DNA of 38,287 nt from a virus. The DNA is taken from the UHGV virus genome UHGV-1369766. One strand, 5' to 3'. The notes beneath the pieces are model-generated. The model was given only the letters and a program-made list of their open reading frames with translations, was not told where the DNA came from and did not search any database. Made by a program: the position numbers and the translations under genes. The first letter of the stretch is position 1, and the number at the start of each line of letters is the position of its first letter. Below are positions 37,723 to 38,287 of this stretch, in pieces.

Positions 37723-38115
37723 ATGGATTATATTGGTTTCGATGTAATTTTAATCTGGTATGCTGGGGTAGGTTTCTTTTTATGGACTGTCGCCCAGATT
37801 ATCAGGGCGGGTGAAACAAATGGAGTATTCAATAATATTGCATGCCTGTTGCTGTTTGTTATCGCATGGCCGAAGATAATGTGGACACTTTGCTGCCTTA
37901 TTGTAAAGAGACTTTTTGATGTTGATCATCAATTATTATCAGAAAGCAGAGGTGTCAAGCGAGGCGGCGGGACGGAGCTTGCCACGCTGAGAGGAAGGTC
38001 GCTGATTACCGAAGATGGTGAAGCGATCGAGGGTGAAGCCTTGGACGATGTTAGCGTCATCGGGGTCGTGACATTTACTATCTGCGATGTCCGCGGGGAC
38101 AATACCGTTGTTTAG
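37723..38115 (+). CDS. Hypothetical protein with hydrophobic N-terminal half (extent uncertain)
   Basis: ATG at 37723 with AGGTGG RBS; AT-rich hydrophobic first half, then a compositionally different GC-richer tail that may not be coding in this frame. Confidence 0.3.
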   Translation: MDYIGFDVILIWYAGVGFFLWTVAQIIRAGETNGVFNNIACLLLFVIAWPKIMWTLCCLIVKRLFDVDHQLLSESRGVKRGGGTELATLRGRSLITEDGEAIEGEALDDVSVIGVVTFTICDVRGDNTVV

Positions 38116-38154
38116 TTGCAGTAAATTGGTGGAAGATTTCGCGTGGCAGGGTTC

Positions 38155-38172
38155 TTGGGGCATGGTTGGGGC
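38155..38172. other. Candidate attachment-site core copy (right)
   Basis: TGGGGCATGGTTGGGGCA, ~780 bp beyond the tailspike gene; pairs with the copy at 76-93. Confidence 0.25.
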
Positions 38173-38287
38173 ATGAGAAGTCATTAAATTTCGCCAAACA
38201 TTGCAAACAACACATGTTGATTGCTATCTCCAGCCATTGAAAATGGCGCTCCTGGACGATATTTGTCGATTTTTAAATTTACCGCGT

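Overview
This window looks like one near-complete ~38 kb mosaic lambdoid prophage; all calls rest on reading the sequence and recalled protein families, with no database search run. Left end: tyrosine integrase and excisionase (minus strand), then a leftward early operon (Ea22-like, HNH-like, SSB, a Sak/Erf-type annealing recombinase, Kil-like, CIII-like, two unknown genes, N). Immunity region: CI repressor with a small membrane protein directly downstream, divergent Cro and CII, and six copies of an AATAC-N5-GTATT operator motif split between OL and OR, with nutL and nutR sharing an identical boxB. Rightward: O-like initiator with embedded iteron origin, DnaB-like helicase, a lambda-like nin region (NinB, Dam-type methyltransferase, NinE, NinF, antirepressor, YbcO-like, RusA, NinH), Q, PR' with a short terminator, and lambda-type lysis genes S, R, Rz, Rz1. 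The late region is P22-like: Rha, small and large terminase, portal, scaffold, coat, gp4, gp10, tail needle, gp14, ejection proteins gp7/gp20/gp16, then a minus-strand lipoprotein and Mnt-like repressor, and a tailspike with a P22-like N-terminus but divergent receptor-binding body. No tRNA, rRNA or CRISPR array was seen. The most likely places for undescribed accessory or defence functions are the membrane protein after cI, the two genes between N and cIII, the AT-rich HNH-like gene, and the lipoprotein/Mnt pair before the tailspike.
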